Positions 28,195-36,671 of a stretch of 64,000 nucleotides of DNA are shown here, piece by piece. Origin of the DNA: a virus (lineage: Duplodnaviria > Caudoviricetes); the IMG/VR virus record IMGVR_UViG_3300017909_004140, positions 1-64,000 of that record; one strand, given 5' to 3'. Both the position numbers and the translations under genes were made by a program. The notes below the pieces were generated by a model. That model was not told the origin of the DNA. It saw nothing but the letters and a program-made list of their open reading frames with translations, and made no database searches. Positions within the stretch are counted from its first letter, which is position 1, and each line of letters starts with the position of its first letter.

Positions 28195-29594
28195 TATAGG
28201 TCTCTTTCAATTTCTCTAGTACGTTTAGGTTGTTTGTCTTCTTCTGATCCATATCTAGCTGCTGCAAAAGGCTTTTCATTAATCAGATTCGAGTCAGAAG
28301 CTACAACTTTTGTACACTCCCAGTTCATTCCAATATCAAAATTCATAGTTCTTCCATTACGAATTTTAGTTGTATGAACAGCTACTCTATTAGGATCATT
28401 ATTTTCATCTGGTGGGAAAAAGTTGAAACTTCGATCCGCAGAATCAAGAATACCTTTTGCAAAACGAGCTTCTCCTCCAGCATCAATTTGATACGGAGAA
28501 AACATAGTTAAGTCGTATTTTCTACTCATTAACTTTAGGTTTTCTGCAATAGTAATCTGACTTTTCCAATCTTTTTGATCTTCGTGTCTAATAATATTAA
28601 TATAGTCTACACAAGCCATAGTATATCTAGGATATTTAGCTTGAAACATATTACAGTAGTGATCTATTCTATTTAATGTTAGTCCTGCATCATCAATAAT
28701 AAAAAACCTATTTTCTTTATACTCTGGTTTATCAAACTTCATTTTTTGTTCAAAGGCAGAAAAATCTCTGTCTTTTTCTAGTTGAGTATAGTAGTCAATA
28801 GCTTTTTGATCTTGATTATCAAAGAAGTAATCAAGTTTAGATTTAGCTAGTTTTAGTTTTTGTTCTTCGGAAAGTTTATTTTTATAAATATCTAAGAAAG
28901 GTACATCACTAATAATACTTAAAAGCCTGTCATGAACCTCCTTATACCGCATCTCAATACTGAAGAAAGCAACAGTAGACCCCTGTAAAAACCTATTTAC
29001 AGAACAGTTTAGTGATATGATAGACTTACCAGAACCTCTCCTACCTCCTAGTAAGACTAGTTCTTGTGATCCAAAACCACCATTGATAGCATCATATTCT
29101 GCACTCAGTCCTGAAGGATATAATTTAAAATCGTCTGCTTGAGGAAAGAAGTCAAGATCAGCAACATCAAATAGTTCGTCTGAGGTCGGTAATGCACTAT
29201 TTAGTTTAAGTAAATGACTTTGTATCTTATCAACTATTTCTATTTTTTCTAAATCTTCTAACTGATCTATGTAGCTATCTAAGAAAGAAATAGTTTCTTC
29301 TCTAACAAAGTGATCTTGTAGTTGAGCAATGATAAAATCATTATCTATATCAGCATATTTTTCAGATGCTACAATCTGAGTTTCAAAATACTCTTGTGCT
29401 GAAGCATCTTTATTGATTAGATAAAACTCTTCTTCAGAAGGAATTTTTAAATTTGCTTTATAATAAGACTCTACTTTGTTGTATAAAGAAGAATTAGCCC
29501 CCGAAAAAAAGTAGGGGCTAAGTTTAGTAAAAAAGTCATGATTTTGTTCTGACAATAGCCTTTTGATTGTCAGTTTCTGGAGGTCAATATTCAT
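28194..29594 (-). CDS. DnaB-like replicative helicase (T5 D6-like)
   Basis: GGRRGSGKS, FSIEM, VDYINI, PYQ, ARFAKGILDSAD. Confidence 0.9.
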   Translation of the reverse strand: MNIDLQKLTIKRLLSEQNHDFFTKLSPYFFSGANSSLYNKVESYYKANLKIPSEEEFYLINKDASAQEYFETQIVASEKYADIDNDFIIAQLQDHFVREETISFLDSYIDQLEDLEKIEIVDKIQSHLLKLNSALPTSDELFDVADLDFFPQADDFKLYPSGLSAEYDAINGGFGSQELVLLGGRRGSGKSIISLNCSVNRFLQGSTVAFFSIEMRYKEVHDRLLSIISDVPFLDIYKNKLSEEQKLKLAKSKLDYFFDNQDQKAIDYYTQLEKDRDFSAFEQKMKFDKPEYKENRFFIIDDAGLTLNRIDHYCNMFQAKYPRYTMACVDYINIIRHEDQKDWKSQITIAENLKLMSRKYDLTMFSPYQIDAGGEARFAKGILDSADRSFNFFPPDENNDPNRVAVHTTKIRNGRTMNFDIGMNWECTKVVASDSNLINEKPFAAARYGSEEDKQPKRTREIERDL

Positions 29595-29597
29595 ATA

Positions 29598-30371
29598 TTA
29601 TTTACTCTTTACGGGATAGAATTTGTCTCTGGTTCCTGCAAAATATCCTGCTTTATCTCCTTCAAGATATACTAGATAGCTTTCGCGACCAGTCTCTTCG
29701 ATTGTAGTTTCTGCTTTTTTAATTGCTCGCCAGATAGCAAACTGTTTCCAAGAAGTACCATTATCATACTCACAATAGATGCTATAGTGAACATCTTCAA
29801 CTCCTTCAAAATCTACACCATGCCTTGCTTTGGCGTGTTTCATACCGTGAAGCTCTACATATTTTCTACGCAAAGGCTCTCTATAGTAGTTGATCCATTC
29901 TTCGTCATAAACATCTCTTACTTTTGCAAAAGCGTTTTTAGAAGGTACAAATACTCTATCACCTGATTTAAAAATAACGTCAAGATCTTGAACAACGTGA
30001 TCTACTTGTGCTGGTTTGTTTTTACCTCTAGCCCTGATTGGAACATTATTTTCCATCAAAACTTTTTTAACACGCTGAGGACTTATGTATAGCCGCCTAG
30101 CAATATTAGTTTGATTATCACCATCTAGATAATCACTAACAATTTGTTCTATTTCGCTAGGTGTTAATATTTTTGCTCGTGCTTTTTTCTTTAGCTCTTT
30201 TTGTCTTGCTTCTTTTTGTCTAAATTCTTCAATAATTGCTTCTAAACGCTTTGTATTATAAGCAATACCAAGATGCTCACAACAAGCTTTCTTAGTTTTA
30301 TTTGTTTTTAGCATCCAGATAACTTGTCTGATTTTAGACTCAGGAATTTCGCTTATGTTTACTCTTGCCAT
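29598..30371 (-). CDS. Putative HTH DNA-binding protein
   Basis: KKACCEHLGIAYNTKRL and NQTNIARRLYISPQRVKKVL helix-turn-helix-like segments. Confidence 0.6.
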   Translation of the reverse strand: MARVNISEIPESKIRQVIWMLKTNKTKKACCEHLGIAYNTKRLEAIIEEFRQKEARQKELKKKARAKILTPSEIEQIVSDYLDGDNQTNIARRLYISPQRVKKVLMENNVPIRARGKNKPAQVDHVVQDLDVIFKSGDRVFVPSKNAFAKVRDVYDEEWINYYREPLRRKYVELHGMKHAKARHGVDFEGVEDVHYSIYCEYDNGTSWKQFAIWRAIKKAETTIEETGRESYLVYLEGDKAGYFAGTRDKFYPVKSK

Positions 30372-30376
30372 TGAAA

Positions 30377-30421
30377 ACCCTCCATTTTGTATATTATACT
30401 AAAATAGAGGGTGTCTGTCAA
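30377..30421 (-). promoter_or_regulatory. sigma70 promoter inside an SD-sequestering stem-loop
   Basis: TTGACA-N17-TATAAT; ACCCTCTATTTT in the spacer pairs with AAAATGGAGGGT (SD). Confidence 0.8.
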
Positions 30422-30447
30422 ACATAATGTACATTTGTATTGGATAA

Positions 30448-31521
30448 TTACACTAGTGTCTTTGTTTTAATAGGCTCTCCCGCATACTCTTCTTCAGCTT
30501 TGATAAAGTCATAAAAGCCTTTCACAGCAACTTCTTTGAATTTAGCTTCGATATCAAAGTCGGCATATTCTAGCATAGGCACATGGCGAGCCATAAGCTC
30601 TTCGTCCCAGTATGTTTCCGAGTGTGCGTTAGGTTTCATCCAATAATCTCGATTATCGGGGTGGAAGGATTGAGATTTGTGGAACAGCGGGCGTACGCTT
30701 TTCCATGACTTGACAGCTTCACGGAAGTAGTCGTCTGTGTGGGAGATGTGATCCACGTCTCGCACTTTCCTATTGACCGTTTTCTCTCCCACCTTAACTT
30801 TCTCAGTCTTAACCATTCTATGGCAGGCATAGTGATGCGTGTCGAGTGTGCATCGTATAGGTATTCTCTGCGCAAGTTCAAGTGTGTGGCGGATGTCGTA
30901 CCCATTGGGTTTATCTTCATTTTCGACGGCAAGGCAACCTTGGGCGTACTCAGAAAGGTAGGGGAAGTTAGTTGCGAATCTCTTGATTCCATCTTCATGT
31001 TTTCCTCCATATAATCCTTGTAAGTGAATGTTCATCGTGAATTCTTCTGCTGGAATATCCATCAGAGAACCATACAATGCGTGATATTCTAAATCTTTTA
31101 TGGAATTTTCTACGACTTGTGGGTTATTAGAACCAAGAACAGTGTATTGACCAGGATGGACAGAAAGACGAACAGAATTAGCTTTCGCGGCTGCTCCAGC
31201 TCGTTTAAGAATTTGTTTAATATCTTCCCAAATTTCAGCATACCAGTCAGCGGTAAAATCAAGAGTGTAACAAGGGAATAGCTCAGACGAGATACGAAAA
31301 CTCCTAAAATGTATTGGCTGAGTTGGAAAATGCGTTGTGAGAATATCCTCCAGCTTTTTACAGTTTGAGAGAGCCTTGCTTTGAACTCTTTCTTTTCCTC
31401 CTTCTTTGAGGGCGTATGTTTTAGTTGTTGTTCCAAAATTATACCTTTTTGCTTTTTGTTTATCGTGAAACTGACAACACTGCGACAGTCTCCAGTTAGT
31501 TTCGTTTTTGTTAAAGTACAT
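30448..31521 (-). CDS. uvsE: UV-damage endonuclease
   Basis: FRISSELFP, RLSVHPGQYTVLGS, VENED, LDTHH, EAKFKE. Confidence 0.88.
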   Translation of the reverse strand: MYFNKNETNWRLSQCCQFHDKQKAKRYNFGTTTKTYALKEGGKERVQSKALSNCKKLEDILTTHFPTQPIHFRSFRISSELFPCYTLDFTADWYAEIWEDIKQILKRAGAAAKANSVRLSVHPGQYTVLGSNNPQVVENSIKDLEYHALYGSLMDIPAEEFTMNIHLQGLYGGKHEDGIKRFATNFPYLSEYAQGCLAVENEDKPNGYDIRHTLELAQRIPIRCTLDTHHYACHRMVKTEKVKVGEKTVNRKVRDVDHISHTDDYFREAVKSWKSVRPLFHKSQSFHPDNRDYWMKPNAHSETYWDEELMARHVPMLEYADFDIEAKFKEVAVKGFYDFIKAEEEYAGEPIKTKTLV

Positions 31522-31526
31522 AAAAA

Positions 31527-31577
31527 ACTCCTGATTAGTTGTATATTAATAATACGCTAATCAGGAGTAAGTGTCAA
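31527..31577 (-). promoter_or_regulatory. sigma70 promoter inside an SD-sequestering stem-loop/terminator
   Basis: TTGACA-N17-TATTAT; perfect 12-bp IR ACTCCTGATTAG/CTAATCAGGAGT followed by a T-run and then ATG. Confidence 0.8.
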
Positions 31578-31600
31578 TTTTAAATTTGCTTTTTTAGCTG

Positions 31601-32557
31601 TTATTTAGCTACAGGAATTAGTCCCTGCTCGTACAGCACGCCATCTTCGCCTATCATTTGATCTGACATGAATAGTTTGACATATTCTTCAATGCCTGGG
31701 ACTACTCCAATGTGCTTATCTTTGACATAGAAGTATAGAGGACGTGATACTTTATAAGAACCGTCTGCGATAGTATCAAATGAAGGATATACTCCATCAA
31801 TAATAGCAGCCTGTACTTTATCTTGATTTTGGTCTAAGAAAGAAAAACCAAATACACCGAGTCTATCGACATCATCAACTAGTTTTTCAATAATTAAATT
31901 ATCGTTCTCAGTCATTTGTACAACATACGATCCTTGAGTACGAACATTAGTGCAACGTGACTTAGCAACTTTCTTTTCCATACCGTATACTTTACGACAT
32001 ACATTATGCATGATTAACTCAACAAATGCGTCTCGTGTTCCAGATGTTGTTGGAGGAATCATTATGTCAATTTTCTTGCTAGGAAGATTTGGGTTGATTT
32101 GATTCCAATGCGTATACTTATTTTCTTTGAATGTCTTTGTATCTGGATCATATACTTCAGCAGCAACTGCTTTATAGATCTCTTCTTTTGTTAGATCGTA
32201 TTTTACACCGTCTTTTGAATTTGAAATGGTAATACCATCATAACCAATAAGATATTCGATAGGCTCAATACCTTTTTCAGCACACATAGCAACTTCTTTT
32301 TCTTTGATTGCTCTCGATGCGTTTGTAATATCTGGAGTATTAGTTCCAATACCGGCACAGAACATTTTAAGTCCACCACCTGAACCAGTAGACTCAATCA
32401 CAGGCGTTTTGAATCCTGATTTTTGTCCAAAAATTTCAGCTACAACTGTAGCAAAAGGAAATACTGTAGAAGAACCTACAATTGAAAGCTGATCTCTAGC
32501 ATATGCATTAGTTGAAATAACCATACTTAGAAGTATAGGTAAAATATATTGTTTCAT
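31601..32557 (-). CDS. pstS: Phosphate ABC transporter substrate-binding protein
   Basis: Signal peptide; IVGSSTVFPF, ESTGSGGG, NASR, SGTRDAF, SRPLYFY. Confidence 0.93.
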   Translation of the reverse strand: MKQYILPILLSMVISTNAYARDQLSIVGSSTVFPFATVVAEIFGQKSGFKTPVIESTGSGGGLKMFCAGIGTNTPDITNASRAIKEKEVAMCAEKGIEPIEYLIGYDGITISNSKDGVKYDLTKEEIYKAVAAEVYDPDTKTFKENKYTHWNQINPNLPSKKIDIMIPPTTSGTRDAFVELIMHNVCRKVYGMEKKVAKSRCTNVRTQGSYVVQMTENDNLIIEKLVDDVDRLGVFGFSFLDQNQDKVQAAIIDGVYPSFDTIADGSYKVSRPLYFYVKDKHIGVVPGIEEYVKLFMSDQMIGEDGVLYEQGLIPVAK

Positions 32558-32619
32558 CTTATTCTCCGTCTGATAAGTAAAAAATAGCTGGATGCTGTGT
32601 CCAACTATTTTATATGTGT

Positions 32620-32653
32620 ATTATACTACAAAAATGTTACAATTTTATTACAT
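32620..32653 (-). promoter_or_regulatory. Pho-box promoter of pstS
   Basis: ATGTAAT-AAAA-TTGTAAC (32653-32636), 10 nt, then TATAAT (32625-32620). Confidence 0.75.
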
Positions 32654-32675
32654 TTTATATTTAAGTGATTTGGTA

Positions 32676-32906
32676 CTATAACCCTTTTCCACAGTGAGGA
32701 CAGTTAGTTAGTTTTCCCATCTGTTTTTCCATTTTTCTCAATAGATCGCGCATTCTTTTAGCATCTTTTATTTCGCTTTTTATCCATTCTTTTCTTCTAT
32801 CACTTTTAGCAAGCTTGAGTTCTTCTTTTAGTCTGTCTTTTTGTTTGCTTAGTTTTGTTTTAAACACTTCATAAAAAGCTGTATTCATTACTTCATGTTC
32901 TGACAC
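32676..32906 (-). CDS. Small coiled-coil protein with C-terminal CPHC
   Basis: 76-aa ORF, GGAG SD. Confidence 0.7.
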   Translation of the reverse strand: MSEHEVMNTAFYEVFKTKLSKQKDRLKEELKLAKSDRRKEWIKSEIKDAKRMRDLLRKMEKQMGKLTNCPHCGKGL

Positions 32907-32915
32907 TGACGTCTC

Positions 32916-33221
32916 CTAGTGTATCGTTAAATCTTCTTCACTATAATAGGCATCTTGCACCATATTTCGTACTATACCTCCGTTTGCGTACACTAGTGTA
33001 AAGTTCTCTTTCAAAAACTCATTGTTTCTGTATAACTTTTCTAGTAAGACGCTTGACTCAAGAGCTTTTATTGTTTTGTTTAATATATCTTCATTTTGAG
33101 AAGCGCTTGGATAATGTTTTGTAACCACTTCTTTTAGATACATCTTTCTTTGTCTAGGAGGCAAAGAAATGATATAATCTAGAGCAGCTTCTGGTAATTC
33201 CCATAGTTTCATGATGCACAA
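32916..33221 (-). CDS. Hypothetical protein
   Basis: 101-aa ORF (start probably 33212). Confidence 0.65.
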   Translation of the reverse strand: MCIMKLWELPEAALDYIISLPPRQRKMYLKEVVTKHYPSASQNEDILNKTIKALESSVLLEKLYRNNEFLKENFTLVYANGGIVRNMVQDAYYSEEDLTIH

Positions 33222-33223
33222 AT

Positions 33224-33248
33224 AGGCAGAGGGATTTCACCTCTGCCT
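33224..33248 (-). terminator. Hairpin/terminator after the D5-like gene
   Basis: AGGCAGAGG...CCTCTGCCT inverted repeat. Confidence 0.55.
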
Positions 33249-33277
33249 TATCAAGTTTAAATTAAACTACTAAGCAA

Positions 33278-33961
33278 TTAGCCTTCGTTTGCTTTAGGAG
33301 TATAGTCTGCGCAGGAAAGACCACGACGAGTAAGAACAGTCTTAACGCCACGCACAGTCTTGCCAAAGGCTTCTGCGATTTCTTCTACAGACTGGTCGAG
33401 CATATCCTCGATTCCGTCATACGGATCAGACTTAGAAGACTTCTTGTCACGCTGTTCAGCTTTAAGACCCATCGAGAGAAGCTTACCACGTACTGAGTTA
33501 ACAGGACGTCCAAGAGCTTCTGCAATCTCTTCAAGATACTTACCATCGTTGACAAGCGATTCGATTTCAGCTTCTTGCTCAGCACTGAAAGTCTTAGGAG
33601 TTACCTTCTTTTCAGCTGGCTTGATATGAGAAGTCATTTCAAGCGAGAGAGCTTTACCGTTGATTTGGCGAGCGGTGAACTTGCCATCAGCAAACACATC
33701 TGCAATTTCTTCAGCAGTGTGTGCGCCAGAGTTTTCTTCCAAAAATGCCGCAAGAGCATCAGTCTCGTCTGCAGAAAATACAGGAGCTGCGCCAGGCTTT
33801 TTAGGAACGTCAAAACCGAGTTTACGAAGTTTAGCAGTTACTGAACGACGTGGAAACTCGAACTCGCCGCAAAGTGTTTCGATGATGTCTTCTGTTACAC
33901 CAGAAGCACAGGCTGATTCCATACGCGAAACCATTTCATCAGTATATTCAAATTTACTCAT
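33278..33961 (-). CDS. T5 D5-like DNA-binding protein (tandem HTH repeats)
   Basis: RSVTAKLRKLGF, TARQINGKALSLEMT, GKTVRGVKTVLTRRGL; directly after the ligase as in T5. Confidence 0.8.
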   Translation of the reverse strand: MSKFEYTDEMVSRMESACASGVTEDIIETLCGEFEFPRRSVTAKLRKLGFDVPKKPGAAPVFSADETDALAAFLEENSGAHTAEEIADVFADGKFTARQINGKALSLEMTSHIKPAEKKVTPKTFSAEQEAEIESLVNDGKYLEEIAEALGRPVNSVRGKLLSMGLKAEQRDKKSSKSDPYDGIEDMLDQSVEEIAEAFGKTVRGVKTVLTRRGLSCADYTPKANEG

Positions 33962-34097
33962 TTTTTCCCTCTTGTTTTAAAGTTTGGTTGTTTGGTTTTT
34001 TGATTGAAGTTGAAAACTCTTTTCTCAACTTTATGAATTGATTATAACAAAAGAAATCAGCGATAACCAAGTAAAAAGTTAAAGTACTTGCTTGTTG

Positions 34098-35840
34098 TTA
34101 AACAATTCCTTTTAGAATCTCTGCACGATTATTCCAGTAATTAATAATTTTTATGCCTAGAGATTCAGCACGCTTTGCTTTAGAAGATGATGGATTATCA
34201 TCACCACTAATTAAAGCTACACAGTCTTTAGTTACAGTATTAGTCACTTGATACCCAAACTTCGCAAGATGATCTGAAATTTGATTACGAGTCATGTCAA
34301 GTTTTCCTGTAACACAGACTTTTCTACTAGTAGTTGCATTCATCACAGCTTCTACACTGAGATCTTGCTTTAGCTGAACAGGCAGTGTTTCTACCCACTC
34401 TTCATTCACCTCAAGCCAAGTTAAAATGCTTTCTACAGTTTTTGGACCAACGCCAGCGATTGTTTGATACTCAATCTCTCTAAGCTGAGAAAACTGAGGC
34501 AGTACTTCAACAATATCACGAGACATTGATCGACCTACTCCTGGAATACCAAGAGCAGCTAGTACTTGAGCATAAGGCTTAGTTCTAGAACGATCAAGTT
34601 CGCTTTCGATCTTAGAACCGTTCGCACCAAGAGTATGCCAAGGTTGGGGTGTATACAAGTCTACTGGATGGGTTAGTCCCATCTTCTTGATTGAGGCAGG
34701 TCCAAGACCTTTGATTTCCATAGTTCTGATAAAGTGTTCAAGCAGTTTTACTGTTGAGCGCTTTGAATCATCATCACAGAACAGTTTTGGACCTTGCCTA
34801 CGCAAAGAGGTTCCAATCGCTTGTTCAGCATGAAACTTATCTATGCGTTGTGAGCTAGGATGCTTTTCTAACACTTGAATAAACTTAGGGATAACTCCCC
34901 CAGAGCGTTCAATCTGTATTAAATCGCCAACACCTAGTTCATGATTCTCAATAAATTCTAAATTGTGTAGAGTAACACGGGAAATTTGTGCGCCATCAAT
35001 GTCTACAGGATCAACATGACCTACAGGATTGACTGCACCAGTGCGACCGATTACCCACTCTACTGATTGTAGTCGAGTAACGGCAAGTAAGGCTCCCCTC
35101 TCTTTTAGAGCGATTGCAAAACGTGGATACTTTGAAGTGTACCCAAGACGCTCACACTCTTTCCATGAATCTATTCTATATACTACACCATCTTGAGGAT
35201 ATTGTCCACACAAATCTTCTTCAAAAATAGTTGAGAAGCCTGCGTTTTTTACGATTGACATTCGTGCGCGATAGTTATTTCGCACTCCAAGATAGTCGTG
35301 TGCAATAAAACGAATGTTTCTGTCAGCAAACTCATTAGCCTCTTTTAGGCCGAGTGCGCCAGAAACATAGTTACGAAAATTCTCTACCTCATTGTCAGTG
35401 ACACACTCACCAACAATTACGGCATCTGAAATGCTTATGTTTTGAGGAACGCCATGACAGTGACGCATTAGGTGAGTAACATCTTCACCATACTCGCCAT
35501 TACCGCGAGTAAGTGCTAAATCAAGTTTTCCTTCTCGATAAATAAGTGAAAGATTAGTTCCGTCAAGCTTAGGAACTCTAACATCATACTCAGTACCAAT
35601 CTCTGCGCGATCATAACTTTTCTGAAGCGAGTATAGCTTAAATGGGTGACGGACCTTCCCAGCTTCGCCTCCCACATGAAGGGTAGGAGAATCGCTATCT
35701 TTCCAGCCTTGACGAGATTCGATAGCACGCAACTGGTCATACAGAGCGTCCCACTCTTCATCAGAAACTGTTGGTCTAGCCAAGTCATAATATTCATGTG
35801 AAAGTTTTTTAACAAGTTGTTTTAGTTCTGTATAGTCCAT
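34098..35840 (-). CDS. ligA: NAD-dependent DNA ligase (single ORF, BRCT C-terminus)
   Basis: YYD..P.VSDEEWD, KLDG, LTRGNG..GEDVT, DGVV, RSGGVIP, VCVTGKL; start moved to the ATG after the GAGGA SD. Confidence 0.93.
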   Translation of the reverse strand: MDYTELKQLVKKLSHEYYDLARPTVSDEEWDALYDQLRAIESRQGWKDSDSPTLHVGGEAGKVRHPFKLYSLQKSYDRAEIGTEYDVRVPKLDGTNLSLIYREGKLDLALTRGNGEYGEDVTHLMRHCHGVPQNISISDAVIVGECVTDNEVENFRNYVSGALGLKEANEFADRNIRFIAHDYLGVRNNYRARMSIVKNAGFSTIFEEDLCGQYPQDGVVYRIDSWKECERLGYTSKYPRFAIALKERGALLAVTRLQSVEWVIGRTGAVNPVGHVDPVDIDGAQISRVTLHNLEFIENHELGVGDLIQIERSGGVIPKFIQVLEKHPSSQRIDKFHAEQAIGTSLRRQGPKLFCDDDSKRSTVKLLEHFIRTMEIKGLGPASIKKMGLTHPVDLYTPQPWHTLGANGSKIESELDRSRTKPYAQVLAALGIPGVGRSMSRDIVEVLPQFSQLREIEYQTIAGVGPKTVESILTWLEVNEEWVETLPVQLKQDLSVEAVMNATTSRKVCVTGKLDMTRNQISDHLAKFGYQVTNTVTKDCVALISGDDNPSSSKAKRAESLGIKIINYWNNRAEILKGIV

Positions 35841-35893
35841 GCTTTTCCTCACTATCTTGAATATATAGTATCATATCAAGGAGGATAAAGCAA
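35841..35893 (-). promoter_or_regulatory. sigma70 promoter inside an SD-sequestering stem-loop
   Basis: TTGCTT-N17-TACTAT; GCTTT-A-TCCTC-CTTGA pairs with TCAAG..GAGGA-AAAGC. Confidence 0.7.
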
Positions 35894-35896
35894 TGA

Positions 35897-36217
35897 CTAA
35901 GCTTCTTTTTCTGCTAGCTTACGTTCTAGTGCTATAACTAAGTTTGTTAAGTTAGACTTTTTATTTAAATTTGTGCCTTCAATCTCGATATCTAGCATTG
36001 TTTCAAGATCGCGCAACATTGTTTTAACTGTTCGCGACCCTTCGCGATCTTCATCAGTAGGCTTTTCATAGATGCGTAGTTGCACCAGTTTAGAGATAAC
36101 ACTTCGATAGCCTTTACCAAAGTGTTCGCCTAGCTCGTTCACATCTTTCATGCCTTCTTCTGTATACAGTCTAATCAGTTCGCTCTCTTGTTCATCACTC
36201 CACGCTTTCACGCTCAT
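35897..36217 (-). CDS. T5 D3-like DNA-binding protein
   Basis: WSDEQ...Y...GKGYRSVISKL...YEK pattern; synteny; start moved to 36217. Confidence 0.6.
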   Translation of the reverse strand: MSVKAWSDEQESELIRLYTEEGMKDVNELGEHFGKGYRSVISKLVQLRIYEKPTDEDREGSRTVKTMLRDLETMLDIEIEGTNLNKKSNLTNLVIALERKLAEKEA

Positions 36218-36473
36218 GTGATCCTCCTTTTCTATGTCTGCGAGCTGCATGTTCTGCAGCTTCTTCTAGTAGTTTCGTTACGGATGTTGTTTCGTCTGCA
36301 AGTAAGGCGTAGCCTTTAGACGTAGGATACCAATTTCCAGAGTCGCCGTCCATGCTATATTCACGAATGTGAACATATGCGACTCCTCGAAATTCGTTAT
36401 AGGTTACACGAATCTCATTTCCGTTCGCTTTTGCATACGCAGTTCCGAAACTTCTTTCTGTTTCGTTGTCCAT
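36195..36473 (-). CDS. PC4-like ssDNA-binding protein
   Basis: RVTYNEFRGVAYVHIREY...WYPTSKGYAL PC4 signature. Confidence 0.85.
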   Translation of the reverse strand: MDNETERSFGTAYAKANGNEIRVTYNEFRGVAYVHIREYSMDGDSGNWYPTSKGYALLADETTSVTKLLEEAAEHAARRHRKGGSHERESVE

Positions 36474-36671
36474 GTTTTTCCCTTCTTTAGTACGGCACTA
36501 TATCAAGAGTAAAATTTTTATATTTGCGCTTAGTCAAATTTTATGTTACTTTATACTCGTATTTAATAGCGTACTTAAATTAACTAAATCGTAGATTTAA
36601 CGCAATTTAATCTAGATATCACATGGCTTTCTCTAAGTCACATCGCGTAAATCTTTATACACGGAGTGTAT

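Noticed and set aside
30636-31436. Alternative-frame and antisense ORFs inside uvsE (and similar short track ORFs within nrdA, ligA, guaC and others)
   Set aside because: They are fully nested in confident genes and lack recognisable motifs or initiation signals
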